Shown piece by piece: positions 32,701 to 46,700 of a stretch of DNA of 64,000 bases. Under the pieces are notes generated by a model, which saw nothing but the letters and a program-made list of their open reading frames with translations, made no database searches and had not been told where the DNA came from. Position 1 is the stretch's first letter; each line of letters opens with the position of its first letter. This DNA comes from Blepharisma stoltei ATCC 30299 (Eukaryota; Protista; Ciliophora). The DNA lies in the NCBI GenBank assembly GCA_965603825.1, contig CBFDEM010000028.1, positions 620,001-684,000 of the forward strand, read 5' to 3'. Position numbers and translations under genes: made by a program.

Positions 32701-35700
32701 CCAGGAATATTATAAGTCAAATCTTTTGCAAAAACTTTGAAATCTATCGTAGACGAAGCAGGAAGGGTTTTTGGAGGAATATTCAGCAGATACTGAGACT
32801 TCTGAGCGCTCCAAAATGTGCTTTCGTCAATGCTTGAAGCATTATTGCTGACCCCAGAGATGCTTCACGTGATGTTTAAGTTATCAGAAATATTGCAAGA
32901 AGTTATTGATCCAACAGAAACCGTATATGATTTCAGCCTATCAAAGGAGCTGGCTAATAAAGGGTCAATATTTATTATAAGAGTAGGAGATGCTGTAGCA
33001 TTAATTTCCTTGTCTATAGTCGAAATGCCTCCAAAATTATTTTTCATAGAAAAAGACGCATGAATAATTCCTTCAGTTAAATTTTCTTTTTTAATGCTAA
33101 GCGCAGTATAAGAGTTACTATACTCAGTAGAAAAAGAAGAAATTACAGAGCTGGGGGGATTAGAAGAGAGTGTCCATTTATAAACCTCATAAGGCAGTCC
33201 TTTGTCAACAATCACATCTAATAAGAGATCCTGACATGATATCTCAAGAATCTTCGGAGCTATATATGTAAATTTTGGCGTTGGCACATCACCTTGCAAG
33301 GCTACAGGAATTGAGAGTTGCAGCTTCGATTTCCCACACAATGGAACTGAGCTTATTAGTGCCCCAGGCTTAAAAATTGCATTTTCTGTGCTAAAAGTGT
33401 AATCGTGTCCCAATAAAACTTTTAAAGAACTAAAATCTGATGCAAAGCTGCATGAATAGTCCAAACCAAAGCCTGCCAAAGTGGAAGAATCGAACGATGA
33501 GCTGCAGTTGTACGGGGAACGGTCTGCTGGAATATTAAAGGTAAACTGAATTTCTGAATAACTATTTCTAAATGACGCAGCAATATTGGTGGTATCCAAG
33601 TAGTTCACACATGCAATGCAGGTTCCTTGGTTCATATAGTAATAATTATTGCAAACACACTGATTTAGCGTTGAATCATATTTAGCATTAGCAATATTGC
33701 AAATGCAGGTAGATCCTTCACGTGAAGCGTTTTCAGGACATTTGATGCAGAGACCATTATCTAGCCAATAATTAGCATTGCAAACGCATTTATTTGATGA
33801 CGAATCATAGGATGCATTAGATATGCTGCAGGTGCATGTGGCTCCGTTAGGTATAGCATTTTCAGGACAAGTGGTGCAGAAACCATTATAGAGCCGATAG
33901 CCACTGTTGCAAACACATTGAGCCAGGGTAGAATCATATGAGGCGTTATCAATATTGCATATGCATGAAGATCTTTGAGGTGTTGCATTATCTGGACAGA
34001 TAGTGCAGAAATCATTATAGAGCCGATAGCCACTATTGCAAGTGCACTTATTTGAGGTGAAGTTATATGAAGCATAAGGATCATTGCAGACACATTGATT
34101 TGTAGAAGCATTATAGGTAGAATTGAGATCTTTGCAGACACATGTGGAACCTTCAGGTATAGAATCTTCAGGGCAATAGGTACAGAAACTTACATAAAAC
34201 CAAAAGCCGCTCTTGCAGGTGCATGGAGGCTGCACAGGGTCGCAATTGTCAATGCAAGCTAGGCAGCCACTCCAGTCATTACAAGAAGCGCATAATGGGT
34301 CATCACACAAATTGCAGGTATCATCGTTTCTTACACAGCCTTTTGATGAGCAGGAGCTTGAGCACTGCAACCACGAAGAAGTTGAGGAGTTATAGTAGTT
34401 GCTAATAGGTTCATTTGCTAAACAATTGGGAGCATACCCAACTGGGCAAATTGTGCATCCTGGGTTGCAGTTATAAAAGACGTCATTTAAGGTAGGGTTC
34501 GTAGGGACGATTCATATATTCATACTGTAAATAAATCCGGTAAAAAAGTCGGAGTATGTTGAAGATGAGGCATGCTGAGCACCAATCAAAATAGAGTAGG
34601 CGATGCTCGAATCTTGTAAGGGACTTTTAGCTGGAGTTGCCATGTCTAACTGGCTGTTAATGTAAAATGTCACTTGCGTGTATGGGAAACTATAAGAAAG
34701 AGAAAATGCTGCATAATTTCAGCCTTGGGTATTAGTTTCATGATATGAAATATATGTTTGCTGTGAAAGAAAAGAGTGTACTACGACATATAGTTTTGGC
34801 AGAGATATGCTAACTTCTATCAAAGCTGCCATTGATGAATTTTGCTTTGTAAAAATAACTTGTTTAGTGCTTGAAGTAGTTGAGGTTGGCCAAATCCATA
34901 TAGAAAAAGTAATGGCGGTAGCAAAATTAAGAGAGTACGAACTATCATTTATATTTGGAGGCAATTGCATCAAAGAGTTGCCATTAAAGTAGTACCCTCT
35001 TTTATATGCTGGGATAGGATCATAGCTATCATAGGTAGGGTAGAAACTATCTGAACTCCCGGATAGGACGTTAAAATTATTCACAGTATCTTTCACGAGT
35101 CCTTCAATTTTATTCAATTTCAAAGAAAATATTAATCCTTGGTGGCTATCAAGCACACAGCTTCCAGCTTGATTCCCATTTGTTCCAGTTGGACAGAAAT
35201 TCATACATATGGACTGGAATTGCAAATTCGATGAGCAATAACAGGCAAAAACTAACGGATCTAGCACTGAAAAAGTGTAGGGGCATGCGCATTGGCCATC
35301 GATAAATAAGAAATCTCCATGGCACAGCCCACAAGTAGAAGTTCCAGTGCAAGTATCGCATCCTGTTAAGGAGCATAAGGTGCAGTCATTCCCATTGGCG
35401 CATCCATGCATGCAGTTGCTAAGACAATTGACACAGTTAGAGTTTATATATTGATTATATTGGCAGTTTGTTGGTAGGCAGAGTAAAGAAGGAGGACATG
35501 CTGAGCAGCCTGCTGGGCATCCTGAAGTAATATATTCAGATAGAGAGATAAGATTTGGAGCATCACGGAAAGCATGAAAAAAATAAATATATCCACTAAA
35601 CCCTAAAGCCTTTCTGACAGCCCACTCAGGACAGGATCCAATATATTTCACATAGTTTGCGTCTGGATCAATATAAGTGTTTGCAAATGAAATAGTCATA

Positions 35701-38700
35701 AAAACTGAGCTAGAGTCAATGATCACCGTTTCAGTCAATTTTCCTACATCTTCTCTAAATATAGAGAAATAAATGTAATGCCAAGAGTTCAAACTTAGTG
35801 TAGCTGGATTATTTACAAATGAAGAATATGAGGTCTTAAAATTTAAAGTTTGACTGCTTCCTTTATAGCTAAATCCATAATCTCTACCAACGTAAAAAAT
35901 AGTATCTTCATTGGTAAAACCAGTAAAAAATATCCACAAAGAGACTCCAAAGAAATAGCTGAGCTTGTTTTCTGTAGAGACATAATCTGCAGGCTCAAAA
36001 TATCATCCACGATTATTTACATAGTCAGCTCCTACAGCAGTATATTCAGATGGAAGGGTAGCAAGAGAATAGAAATCGAGGCTGATTGAAAATACAGAGT
36101 CTTGATCGCAGCTGTTTGTTACAGAATTAGACAGAGTTCCAGCTGGGCATGACTTATAGCAAATCATTTGGTATAAAAAATAGCCTGGCTGGCAAGATGT
36201 GCAGTCGGAATAGGAAGTTGATAAACAGCTAGAACACCCTCTAGCGCACCCTGAGGTGCATGAAAACCCACCTGGGGAAGAAAACCCTGCAAGGCAAGCA
36301 CATGGCGTTCCTGAAGCATTTTCTACGCATTCCGAGCATTGATCTCCAAATCCAGTGCAAATTTTACATAATGGATCCTTACAAATATTGCAGCTTTTGC
36401 CTCTTACACAACCATTATAGCAATTATTGCAGGTCACATAGTTTCCTCCTTCATTATACATAAATATATCGCATGCCCACAGGCAAGATGCATCCAATGT
36501 TATGCCACTACAAGGCATATTTGTAAAGAAATCTGTTGTTGCTTGATTTCACAATGTAAAAGCATATATAAACCCTACGAAAGAGCTCGTCTGGCTTTTT
36601 CCTAAAAGCAAGGTCTGTGAGCTGTTATCCCTGAACAGGGCATATTGAGTAGAAATTGTGTTTTTTATATCGCTATTTAAATAAAAACGGGCTTTGGCTG
36701 AGTCATCTACATATTCCATCGAGAAAGCAATATGACACCATCCAGAAAAATTTATAGGAGTAGTTACTAGTGTTGAGCTGCCTTTAAATGTTGTTAAAAC
36801 TGCGTTTACTTTTAAGTTAGAACTTAAAGTAAAGGTGCCTATTTTATATATGACGTCGCCATCATCAATTGTGTAGATTCACAGTCCCATCGTAAATCAC
36901 GAGCTAAGGTAAATAGGTGTTGTTGTATCTAAAAATTTTCCATTGGAAAAATAGAGGCCTCTGTTATATGCAGGAACAGGGTCTAAAGTTTCTGGGCTAT
37001 TAAAAAAATAATAATTAGAATCTGACTGCGCAGTTCTAAAAATCCCGTAACTTCCTTGGAAGTCACCGTTGAACCATTGGTCAATCACTGGAGATGTCTT
37101 ACTGGCACAATCAGAATTACTGAAAAGCCCATAGGGGCATTCATTCAAGCAAACTTGATTTAGATAGACTCCACTTCCTGTGCAAGAGCTGCACGTGAAA
37201 TAATTATAATTAAGACAGCTTGTGCATAAGCTATCGCATCTTCCACAAGGATATAAATTTGTGTCACATTTACACGTTTTTGAGGAAGAATCGTAAACAT
37301 AATTTTGCAAACAGGCGCACGTCGTCCCCGCTCCTGTAGCTCCAGCAACACAACTTGTGCATTCACTAGGTTGAAACCCAATTTCAGCCGCACATAAAAG
37401 ATCAACACTCATGCTACAATCTCCATTCCTCACACAACCATTTGTGCAAGAAGAGTCACAGTCAGTGCAGCTGGAAGTAGCGTTATTATAATATTGCAAA
37501 TAAGAGCAGCTGCGCAAGCATTCATTCCCAAAATCGCCACACGCAGGGCATAAACAAGTGGTTTTTATTAGTCCAGCAGCAATACTAGAGCTAATTGCAT
37601 AGTTATACAGAACCATCTCAAAAATGAAGCCATTGAAAAAGTAGTTTTCAATATTACTGCCACCTACAATAAAACTATCGCTCGGAATATCCATAAAAAA
37701 CGTATTTTGGTAGGCTATCAGGTTATTAATAGCTTGTGCTACTCCGTTTATATATAAAGAAATCTGATTAGTATGAGAAGTCCATGAAAATACGATAATA
37801 ATGTTGTATCATGCATTTAAATTAATATTGCCAGCCTCACTAATCATATTTTCAGCTGTCCCCGAAAGGTCATCATAAACTTCGTAGTTTACATGCAATT
37901 TTCCAGTGGATAATATCTTGAAACCACTGTGCACTTGAGAGGCGTTTTCTTTTGAAAAAATGATTGAATCATTGGCTAAAGACGTAGGCCTGACCCAGAA
38001 TAGCAGACTGTGGTTATTGCCCAAAATCACTTCTTTAGAATCTGCAGAGTTTGGAGGTAGCTTAAGATATGAGTTTCCAGAAAAATAAAAGCCGGATTGA
38101 TAAACTGGCTGTGGGTCATTAGGCCCTAAATAACTATCAGTTGACCCCATATAAGCTAATAACCCAGAAACATTATCTGCAAACGTATTTGCTAATTTAT
38201 TGAGCAAGTAATGAAGGACCATTGAATTTGCAGCTGTTTGCAGACAAGTGCCATCGGACTGCTTTGCATATCCCATAGGACATAGGTAAAGGCAAAGATT
38301 TTCTGGATTTAAATAATATCCCGATTTGCAGCTTGAGCAGTCTCCATTATGAGAGGACGAGCAGATTTCGCAAAATGGAAAGCAAGCACACTCATTTGCT
38401 ATAGGATCATAAATATAACCAGATAAACATTCGCAAGGAAAGTGGTTTGGCTTGGTTTTGGAAATGCAAGTCACACACCCAGTTCAGTCCTCACAGACTT
38501 TGCATAGTAAATCATCGCATATGTTGCAGAAAACGTCATTTCTTACACAGCCAGTAGACTGGCACGAAGATCAGCACAAATTTCAAGTTGATGATGAAGA
38601 ATCGTAATAATTTGAGATAGGCTGACTTGGCAAGCAAGATGAAGAAGATAAAGGGCAAAAAGAGCAGCTGGAGCCACATGAGTAAGAAATATCATATAGA

Positions 38701-41700
38701 GTTGGGTTTACGATAGTATTTCATATTTTTATACTGTAGACAAAGCCTGTATAAAAGCTTGAGTAGGCAGAAGAGCCTGTGTGCATTGCTGCAATTAATA
38801 TGCTGTAGTTAGAATCTAAGTCTTGGAATGGGTGCTTTATGATCTTAGGGGTGTCAAAGCTGCTATTGATATAATAAGTCACCTGACTGTATGGAAATTT
38901 ATAGCTAAGTGAAAACCCTATATAGCATCAACTATCAGCATTGATAGAATTTCTGGAAGTAAATGATACTGAAGAGCTTAACATAGAATCATAAAAGCTA
39001 AGAATAATTTTAAGTCCTACTATCTTGATTGATAGATATGTCGTATAAGGGCCATCAGAACTCTGCTTAGCTAAAATGACTCCATTTTCATTTTGAGACC
39101 AAAGTCACATTGAGTATGAAAAATCTGCGGCGATAGTCAGAGATTTGGAGCTATTATCTATATTTGGAGGCAACTGCATAAAAGAATTTCCATTAAAATA
39201 ATATCCTCTCTTAGAAGCTGGAATAGGATCATATGCATCATAACTAGGATAGAAATCGCTGGAAATTCCAGCCAAAACATCAATTCCACTACTAGAAGAA
39301 TCATGGACTATTCCTTTTATTTGAGTTAGAGCCAATGAAAATACAAGTCCTTGACTGGCATACAATATGCAGGCTCCAGATAAATTATCAGAGGTTCCTG
39401 TTGGGCAGGAACTTACACACACAGAATTAAAAGTTAGCGAAGACGTACAGTTGCATGTGAACAAATCTGGATCCTTAACTGCATAGGTATAAGGACATTG
39501 GCAATTGTTATCAATAAATACGAAATCCCCTTTGCATGATCCACAAGTATTTGTCCCAGTACAACTATTGCATCCAGTCATAGAGCATAAAGTGCAGTCA
39601 TTTCCATTATTACAGCCATTTATGCATGCGCTGTTGCATGAATGGCATTCTGAATCATAGTATTCATTATAGGCGCAGTTAGTAGGCAAGCAGAATGACG
39701 ATGAAGGGCATACTGAGCAGCTAGGGCAACTTGAACTTGGAATCTCATTGCTTGGAATATCATATAGGCCATCGTTATAAACATGAAGCCAATACATGTA
39801 CCCAGTAAAACTTGTATATCCTCGATTATTCCAATCGAATTGAGTGCCAATATATTTGCTACCTCCTTTGTCTTGAAAAATAAAATCACTTGCAGGAGTT
39901 AGGCTATCATGAGTTAACGAAGTAGAATCCAATGTAATTAGTTGCTTAATAGTGCCATCACTGTTATGAATGGTTGAAATGAACAAAAAGTGCCATGTGT
40001 TTATATCTAATGCTGACAAACTTTGTGCTTGAGATCATACAATAGGTCCTGTGTTGAAAACAAGCTGCTTATTGCTACCGTTATAGCTTATTCCCCAATC
40101 CCTACTCATATAGAATATAGTATCTATACTAGTGTATGCTGTAAAACAAATCCACATTGATATAGTTATATAGCTGCTGAGTTGGACACTGGTTGAAATA
40201 TAGCTTTGAGGAAAGAAGCGCCAGCCTCGGTCACTTATAAAGTAAGGGGTTTTACCTGAGGCGGATGAATAGCTAGAAGGTAGGCTTGCTAATGCATAGA
40301 AATCAAGGCTTATAGACATTGGGAAATCTTTATCACAAGTTTTTGTCACTGAATTTGAAATGGTTCCTTGTGGACAAGTTGTGTAGCAAATCATTTGATA
40401 TAAGAAATAGTTCTGTGCGCAAGATGTGCAGCTTGTATACGAAGTTGACAAGCAGCTAGAACACCCAGTAAAACATTTGAGAGTGCATGAAAAGCCATCT
40501 GGAGATATATAATTTGCATTGCAAGCGCATGGGTTTCCAGAAGCATTGTCTACACAAGCAGCGCACATTCCGGACCAAAATCCACTGCAAGCAGAGCACA
40601 AAGGATCGTAACAAATATTGCATGAATATTTTCTGACGCATCCAGTATAGCAGTTATTGCAGTATAAGCAAGAGCTATCATTTTGGCTATAATATTGATT
40701 TATATCGCAAGTTTGCAGGCATGAAATTGACAGAGCTGATCCACAAGGTCTTGAAAGTTCACTAGTCAAATCAGTTATCACAGCATTTCAGAAAGTGAAG
40801 GAGTATATAAATCCTATAAAAGTGCCAGTTGGGCTCCCTCCTAAGTATAAAGGAGAATCTCCGCTGTCTCTAAATAAATAATATTTCGCAGATTCTGCTG
40901 CTTTGAGTTGGTCATTTATATATCCATAAATTTGTGTGTAGCCATTTGAATACCCAACAGATACAAACAGATAAGTCCATCCTGAAAAAGTCTGGCTGCC
41001 CACTTGCTTTGTAAAACTATTAGTCGCTAAAGGATCTGTCAAATAAACAGAAAATCCTGCATTTGAGTTTAGCGATATCTGTCCTTGCTTGCTCAAAATC
41101 GTCCCTTCGTGTAGTGCATAAACCCATAGCCCAAGCGAAAACCCAAAATTAATATAAACATTTTGGCTTGTCATTAAATATTTCCCATTATCGAAATAAA
41201 GACCCCTACTGTAAGCAGGGATTGGGTCACCTAAGTCTGGACTATTAAAAAATTGATAAGTGGCGCCTGAAACTGAAGTCAAGAAATTATCATAATTTCC
41301 TTTAAAGCTGCCATCAAATGTTATGTTAAATTTTGGAGATACTGAGCTTGAGCAGGGGTTAGTTAAAAAAGGGCAATAATTTAAGCATATACCATCCACA
41401 AGATATAGACCGTCATTGCAGCTAGTGCAGTAAAAATAATAAGTTCCTCTGCAAGTTTTACAATTGACATCGCACAAGTTGCAAGCTTCATCTATCCAAA
41501 TTGCATTGATTTTGCATGTGCAAATCCCGTTAACCAAGCTTGCATTTTCCACACAATTGATACACTCTTCATCAAATGTGCTGCACGTGGAGCATTCCTT
41601 ATAAAGGCAAAGTTTGCAGGTATTGCTAGAGCGGCATCCTTGATCGCAGATATCTAAGCATGGGTCGCAAACAGTTGAATTAAGATAGGATCCAAATGAA

Positions 41701-43130
41701 CACGTGTCTGGGCAAACTAACTCTGATGGACAAGTTGAACATCCGCCAACACATCCTGAGGTCTTCCATTCAGCATATTGGCGAGAACTGTCACTAAAAA
41801 ATTTAATAGCTCAGAGAAAGCCAACGAAGCTTTTTACTGAAGTGGAATATCCAATTATCAATTTCCCAGAATCAATATAGGGAGATGCATTGTCTGAAAT
41901 TTTCCATGCGATAAGAGATCCATTCATATATGAAGCAACTTGAGTTTTTTGATTCCTTACTGTCCCAGTAACCGCGATATTCTGTCATTTATTTAAAGAT
42001 ACTTGACCACCAGAAATTGTTAACTGTGAGGTATCTTTAAGCCTCATTACAGTAAACACGGTTGAACTTGTATCAAAATACATGTTGAAATAATTTGTTG
42101 AGCTGCTTTGGTCGTATTTCAAAGCAATTGAGCCGATTTCAGCTAAAGATGACGGATTTATCCACAAATTGACAGTAAAAAACGGAGAAATAATTAAATT
42201 GTCATGGGTAATCTGGGACGTTAAGGTGAAATAGTATCCTCTATATATCGAAGGGATTGGGTCATTAGAGTCCCATTGAGGATAAGGATTTGCCTGACTG
42301 CCAACAGTTGCATAATTTATATAGTCAATCAATATTTGGTTTTTGAATAAAAGGGAGTAGGCCTCAAGTGAAAGTAGATTGCAGTAATTAAGCTGCAGGT
42401 CAGTTTCATAGTTTGATGGGCACGAAGGTAAGCATAAATAGTTTAAAAAATAATAGCCTGTATTGCAGCTAATGCACTCATCATAGCCTGGACCAGTACA
42501 GGCTGAACATTCAGTACTGCAGCTGTCTAAACGTCTTTGGAGAGGATAGTTCTCGTTTGGCCTCATTCAAACAGGGCATATATGGCTCAAGTTTTCGCAG
42601 TCTTCCTCTCTTACGTTACGTTTTTCAAAGCAATGAATATCTAATCCAAAATTTCATAGCTCCTCAATAGTTAAAAATCCCTTAAATCGGCTTTCAGAAC
42701 TGCTTATAATGCCAATAAACCAAATTAAGAAGGGTTTCTCCTCATTGAAAATTTTTAATAAAATTCCAAAAGTAAATAGAGAGTCCTCATTCAGCATAAA
42801 GCTGCAGTTTAAATGTGAAACCGTATTTTCTTCGCCAGCAATTATTAAGGTTTTCATGTCTTTTGAGGAGCCTTTGTGCTTAAAATCTATCCCCTTGTCT
42901 TTTTCATGTAGTTCTGAACTAAAAATTATCCTTTCGCTATTAATTACTAAAGAAATTTCGCCAAATGAGCATTCAGTGCTGCTTCATAAATTGCAAAGAC
43001 TATGATTGCCATGGTTTTCAGTTTCTAAAAGACAATTCATACAGTTTATGATGTCAAGGCCTTCACATTCTTGAATGCATATGCTGAGAATTTGCGGTAT
43101 TTGATAGATCACTAAAAAAAGGAGAAGCAT
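29718..43130 (-). CDS. Giant polycystin-1/adhesion-receptor-like protein A (~4,470 aa): signal peptide, 8 Cys-rich + LamG-like modules, EGF-like repeats, REJ-like, GAIN/GPS, ~5 TM
   Basis: Thirteen minus-strand track ORFs (29868...42654) share one frame. Gaps I read contain only TGA (not every gap codon checked). ATG 43130 (MLLLFLVIYQIPQILS), TAA 29718-29720. GPS: CTYL....W..TGC...CSCNHLTIF. Confidence 0.87.
33600..34200 (-). repeat. Tandem ~129-bp (43-aa) EGF-like Cys repeats inside gene A (about 4 units plus a half unit)
   Basis: Repeated C..CP.NA.P....C.C...NA.YD.....CVCN.GY.LY...; the DNA string ttatagagccgatagccact recurs at about 33886 and 34015. Confidence 0.8.
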
Positions 43131-43747
43131 ATGAACTCTAAATTATTATATATAAATAAAATTAATTTTAATCGCCAAAAACATTAAAAAAGCAATGCTC
43201 TCTCATCATAAATTTTTATTGTCCATTTTTGTCAACAGTTATGATCATAAAGAATTAAATTTAGTTTAGATAATAGGATTAAAACTGTTGAAAATTAATG
43301 ATTTCCTCAGCTTCGACTCAATTAATTTAAGCATCCTGCATTATGCATTAAGGACTTATTTTTTAGAGGAATTTATAATCCCAACCTTAATAAAGCTAAA
43401 ACAAAAAACTTAAATTCACAATTATGCATGCATTTGATTATAATAATCTTTTGATTTTTCAAGCTATTTTATTTAGACTGAAATCTTTGAGGATTCTTCA
43501 TTTATAGCCCAATAAGGTCTTATGCCGCATTTAATAAGTAAGTAATTTTTACTCTTTAGCCATTATAGAAAGGCAAAGCAAAGGGCAAATATTATTCTTT
43601 CTTTAATTTCTTCGAATATTACTCATGAATTGATTATTTATCGACGCCATTCGTATTATTAGAATGCAAAAATTAAATCAAATATCTATTAGAAATTTTT
43701 TATAATATTTTTATAGCTTTAAAGATTAAAATAAATATGCTTAATAT

Positions 43748-46700
43748 TTATTGTTTATCTTTCTTTTCTACTTTCCTATTTGATATTCCAATGCTCATAA
43801 CAATTATTGGTAAAAGCCAGATCACAAAGCCTTTAAACGCAATCTTGATAAATGATATTACAAATAGATTACTTCCATAGCTAACACTTGTATTGCAAAT
43901 CCATAAATAAGTAACACTTAATTCAAATTGTATGGAAAATAAAATAATAGACCAACAAAAGTAGAATAGAACCCCAAATGACAAAAAATAAAAAGCGCAA
44001 AGCTTAATGCAGTTTTTCTTTTTAATCCTCTGATACAGTGTATCATCAAAAGGTGGAACTGGAGTAATAATAGATGCATAGCTCATTAAAATCCCTATAA
44101 CCAACATGATTCCTGAGGAATATACCATAATCCAAAAGTCTTGGAACGAGTAGCTATTTACAACTTTTTGAAAACTGTCAATAGAATAGCCACTTTCACT
44201 ATCGCTTGGCTCGGACTGATAAAATAGTCCAATAAAATACATATTCCCCAATATATTAATCATATAAGCTGTCAGCCGTGAAAAATGGGTTTGCTTTTCT
44301 TCGCTTACAAATATCGTAATTAAATCATGGTTTTTCGCAACAAAAATGAGGACTCTGAAGATCTTTCTTATAGGCTGTTCTTCTTTTACTTGGTTTTTGA
44401 AATCTTCCACATTTATTATTTCGGTAGAATCGAGTCTGACAATTGACATATCTGAGCTATCTTTTGTTTTTTCCGCAGAGCCTACAGAAACTACAACCAT
44501 TTCGGTATTATATATTGCTGATTCCTCGCTCCTCGCTGTTTCTATTTTATCATCTTTTAAGCCTGGACTGTTTTCTTGATCATCCGCGTCAAATTTTATG
44601 ATAGTGCTTCTATCTCGGCGCTTGGCTTGCATCATCATGTCGTTTTTCATCACAAAATCATCAGGCTTGCCTTGGTCAAATGCAAGAGATTTTTCTTTGC
44701 TTTTCTTTTCGGCTCAGTCCATTTTGCATGCAAAAACACTGAGAACAGCATATATGAATAACACAGCAAGACAAAAATATAAGCCAATTGCATTGGTGGA
44801 CCAATCGAAGTCGCTAAAGGCGTTGACATTTATAGTTTCCCCTATATTGCTCCCACTTGCTGTTGACCACGCGTCTTCATAAAATGCAGAAAAAATGCTT
44901 AAATGGTTGCATTTGCAGACTACGTCAGTTTCATTGAAAGAATCCAGGAAGCAGCCTGTGCTTTGCCAACGCGTGCCATTATGATCTAAAAATGTACAGT
45001 AAATAGGGTTATCTTTTTTAGATTCTTGATAGTTCTGAACCGGAATGTTTATAGTGTTATAGCTTGTGTCGTTTAAGTAGAACTCTTTATAAGTTTTCAG
45101 GTTGATCAGTCTGAAAGAAACCAACGAAAATCACGGGGCATCGGTGCTGTTATGGGTAGGATTATACACAGCCAGGATTATTCCAACATCTTCAATGTCT
45201 TTGAAATAGTCGGAAATATTGGAGCCCAACGTAAATGAAGCTTGATTTAATGTAAATTTATGGTTAGATAAGTCTGAGGTTTTAGCTTTAGAGACTTCTA
45301 CAGAGACATCGTCATCAATAAATGTATGTGATTCCCCAGGAACCATCCCTTCTAGTAAAACTGCACTGATTTTCCTCACATTTTCATCTATAAGATTAAC
45401 TGTTGCTGTGTGATTAATAGCTTCATAATCTGACAACTTGAAATTATTATTGCAAATACCTGTAAAAATCTGCATTTGGCTGTCTTCAATTGTAAAATCT
45501 TTATTATTTTCAATCATATAGTCGGAAACTATGCTTATTTTTTCGATATTATCGTATGTATTTATATAAGGATTCAAAGTGATAATATAAAGCATATAAA
45601 AAATGGTTGTATAGGAGTCTTCGCTATATTTATCCATCGTACCGATATAGAAATTTATTTTGTCAATAGCTATATCATAAGAACTTTGCATTTGAGTATC
45701 TATCTCTGAGTATTCATTATTAATAATATCGTCTCTATTTAAAATGAGAGATGACAGCTCAGCTACAAACTCAGGAATTGCCTGAGGGTTTAAAGTGGGT
45801 AAATTCATGTGATAATCAATATACTGGTTAATATTTGGATTTTCATTAATCGTGACATAGGAAAATTTATTGGTTTTTGATGATAAAGAGTCATAAATAT
45901 CCACAGAAACTTTGATGCTTGCTGGGGAAAACGGGAAAGTTGCGAAAATTAACGAAGAAAGGTTTTTGGCTGAAAGCACTTGATAAGTATCAGAGATATA
46001 GTAGCCAAAGGAGTACTCAAGAGGTAAATTGCTTTCTGGGTCTTCTCATTCCAATGCGCTAATTGTAAATATCGTTGACATTTCAAGGCCTGCATCAGGT
46101 ACAACCAAAATATTTCCATTGGTTGGGGGCTGGTTTACGTAGAAAGTCCACGTAAACTTAAAATTATCGTTAACATAAGCAAGCAGTGTGTAGGAAGCAC
46201 CAGGAGTCAAAGAATTTTGAGATATGACCAAATAATTAGAATCTAGAGGAGTTGAATAAGCAATATCCGAAGAAGATTTTAAGGATCAATCTATTGAAGA
46301 TAGCGAGCCTTCAATGGAAATTCGATAGGTAGCATCAGAATTCGCGATACTCGGGTTTGAGTTGGATACCTCTACGATATTTACTGGAGGGACTGATTTA
46401 TTGACAACTGTTATGATGATGCTTTTTTGGGAACTTTTGATGGTGCTGAGCGGATTTGTGGTGATTTTCGTGAAATTTAATGTAAAACTGTAGACTGTGC
46501 CAAGAGTTAAAGTGTTTGCAGGGACTTTTAGAACAGAAGAGGCACGATCCTGAATTAGGCTGGAGTAATCAATAGCCGAGTTATAAATCCTGCAGCTCCA
46601 TTGGAATAAAAAGTTCGAGTTATAGTCCGGGTCGTAAGAATTGCTTGAGTCAACCTCTAACTCTTGGCTTACTCCTGAATCCCCATCAGGTCTGCTAAAA

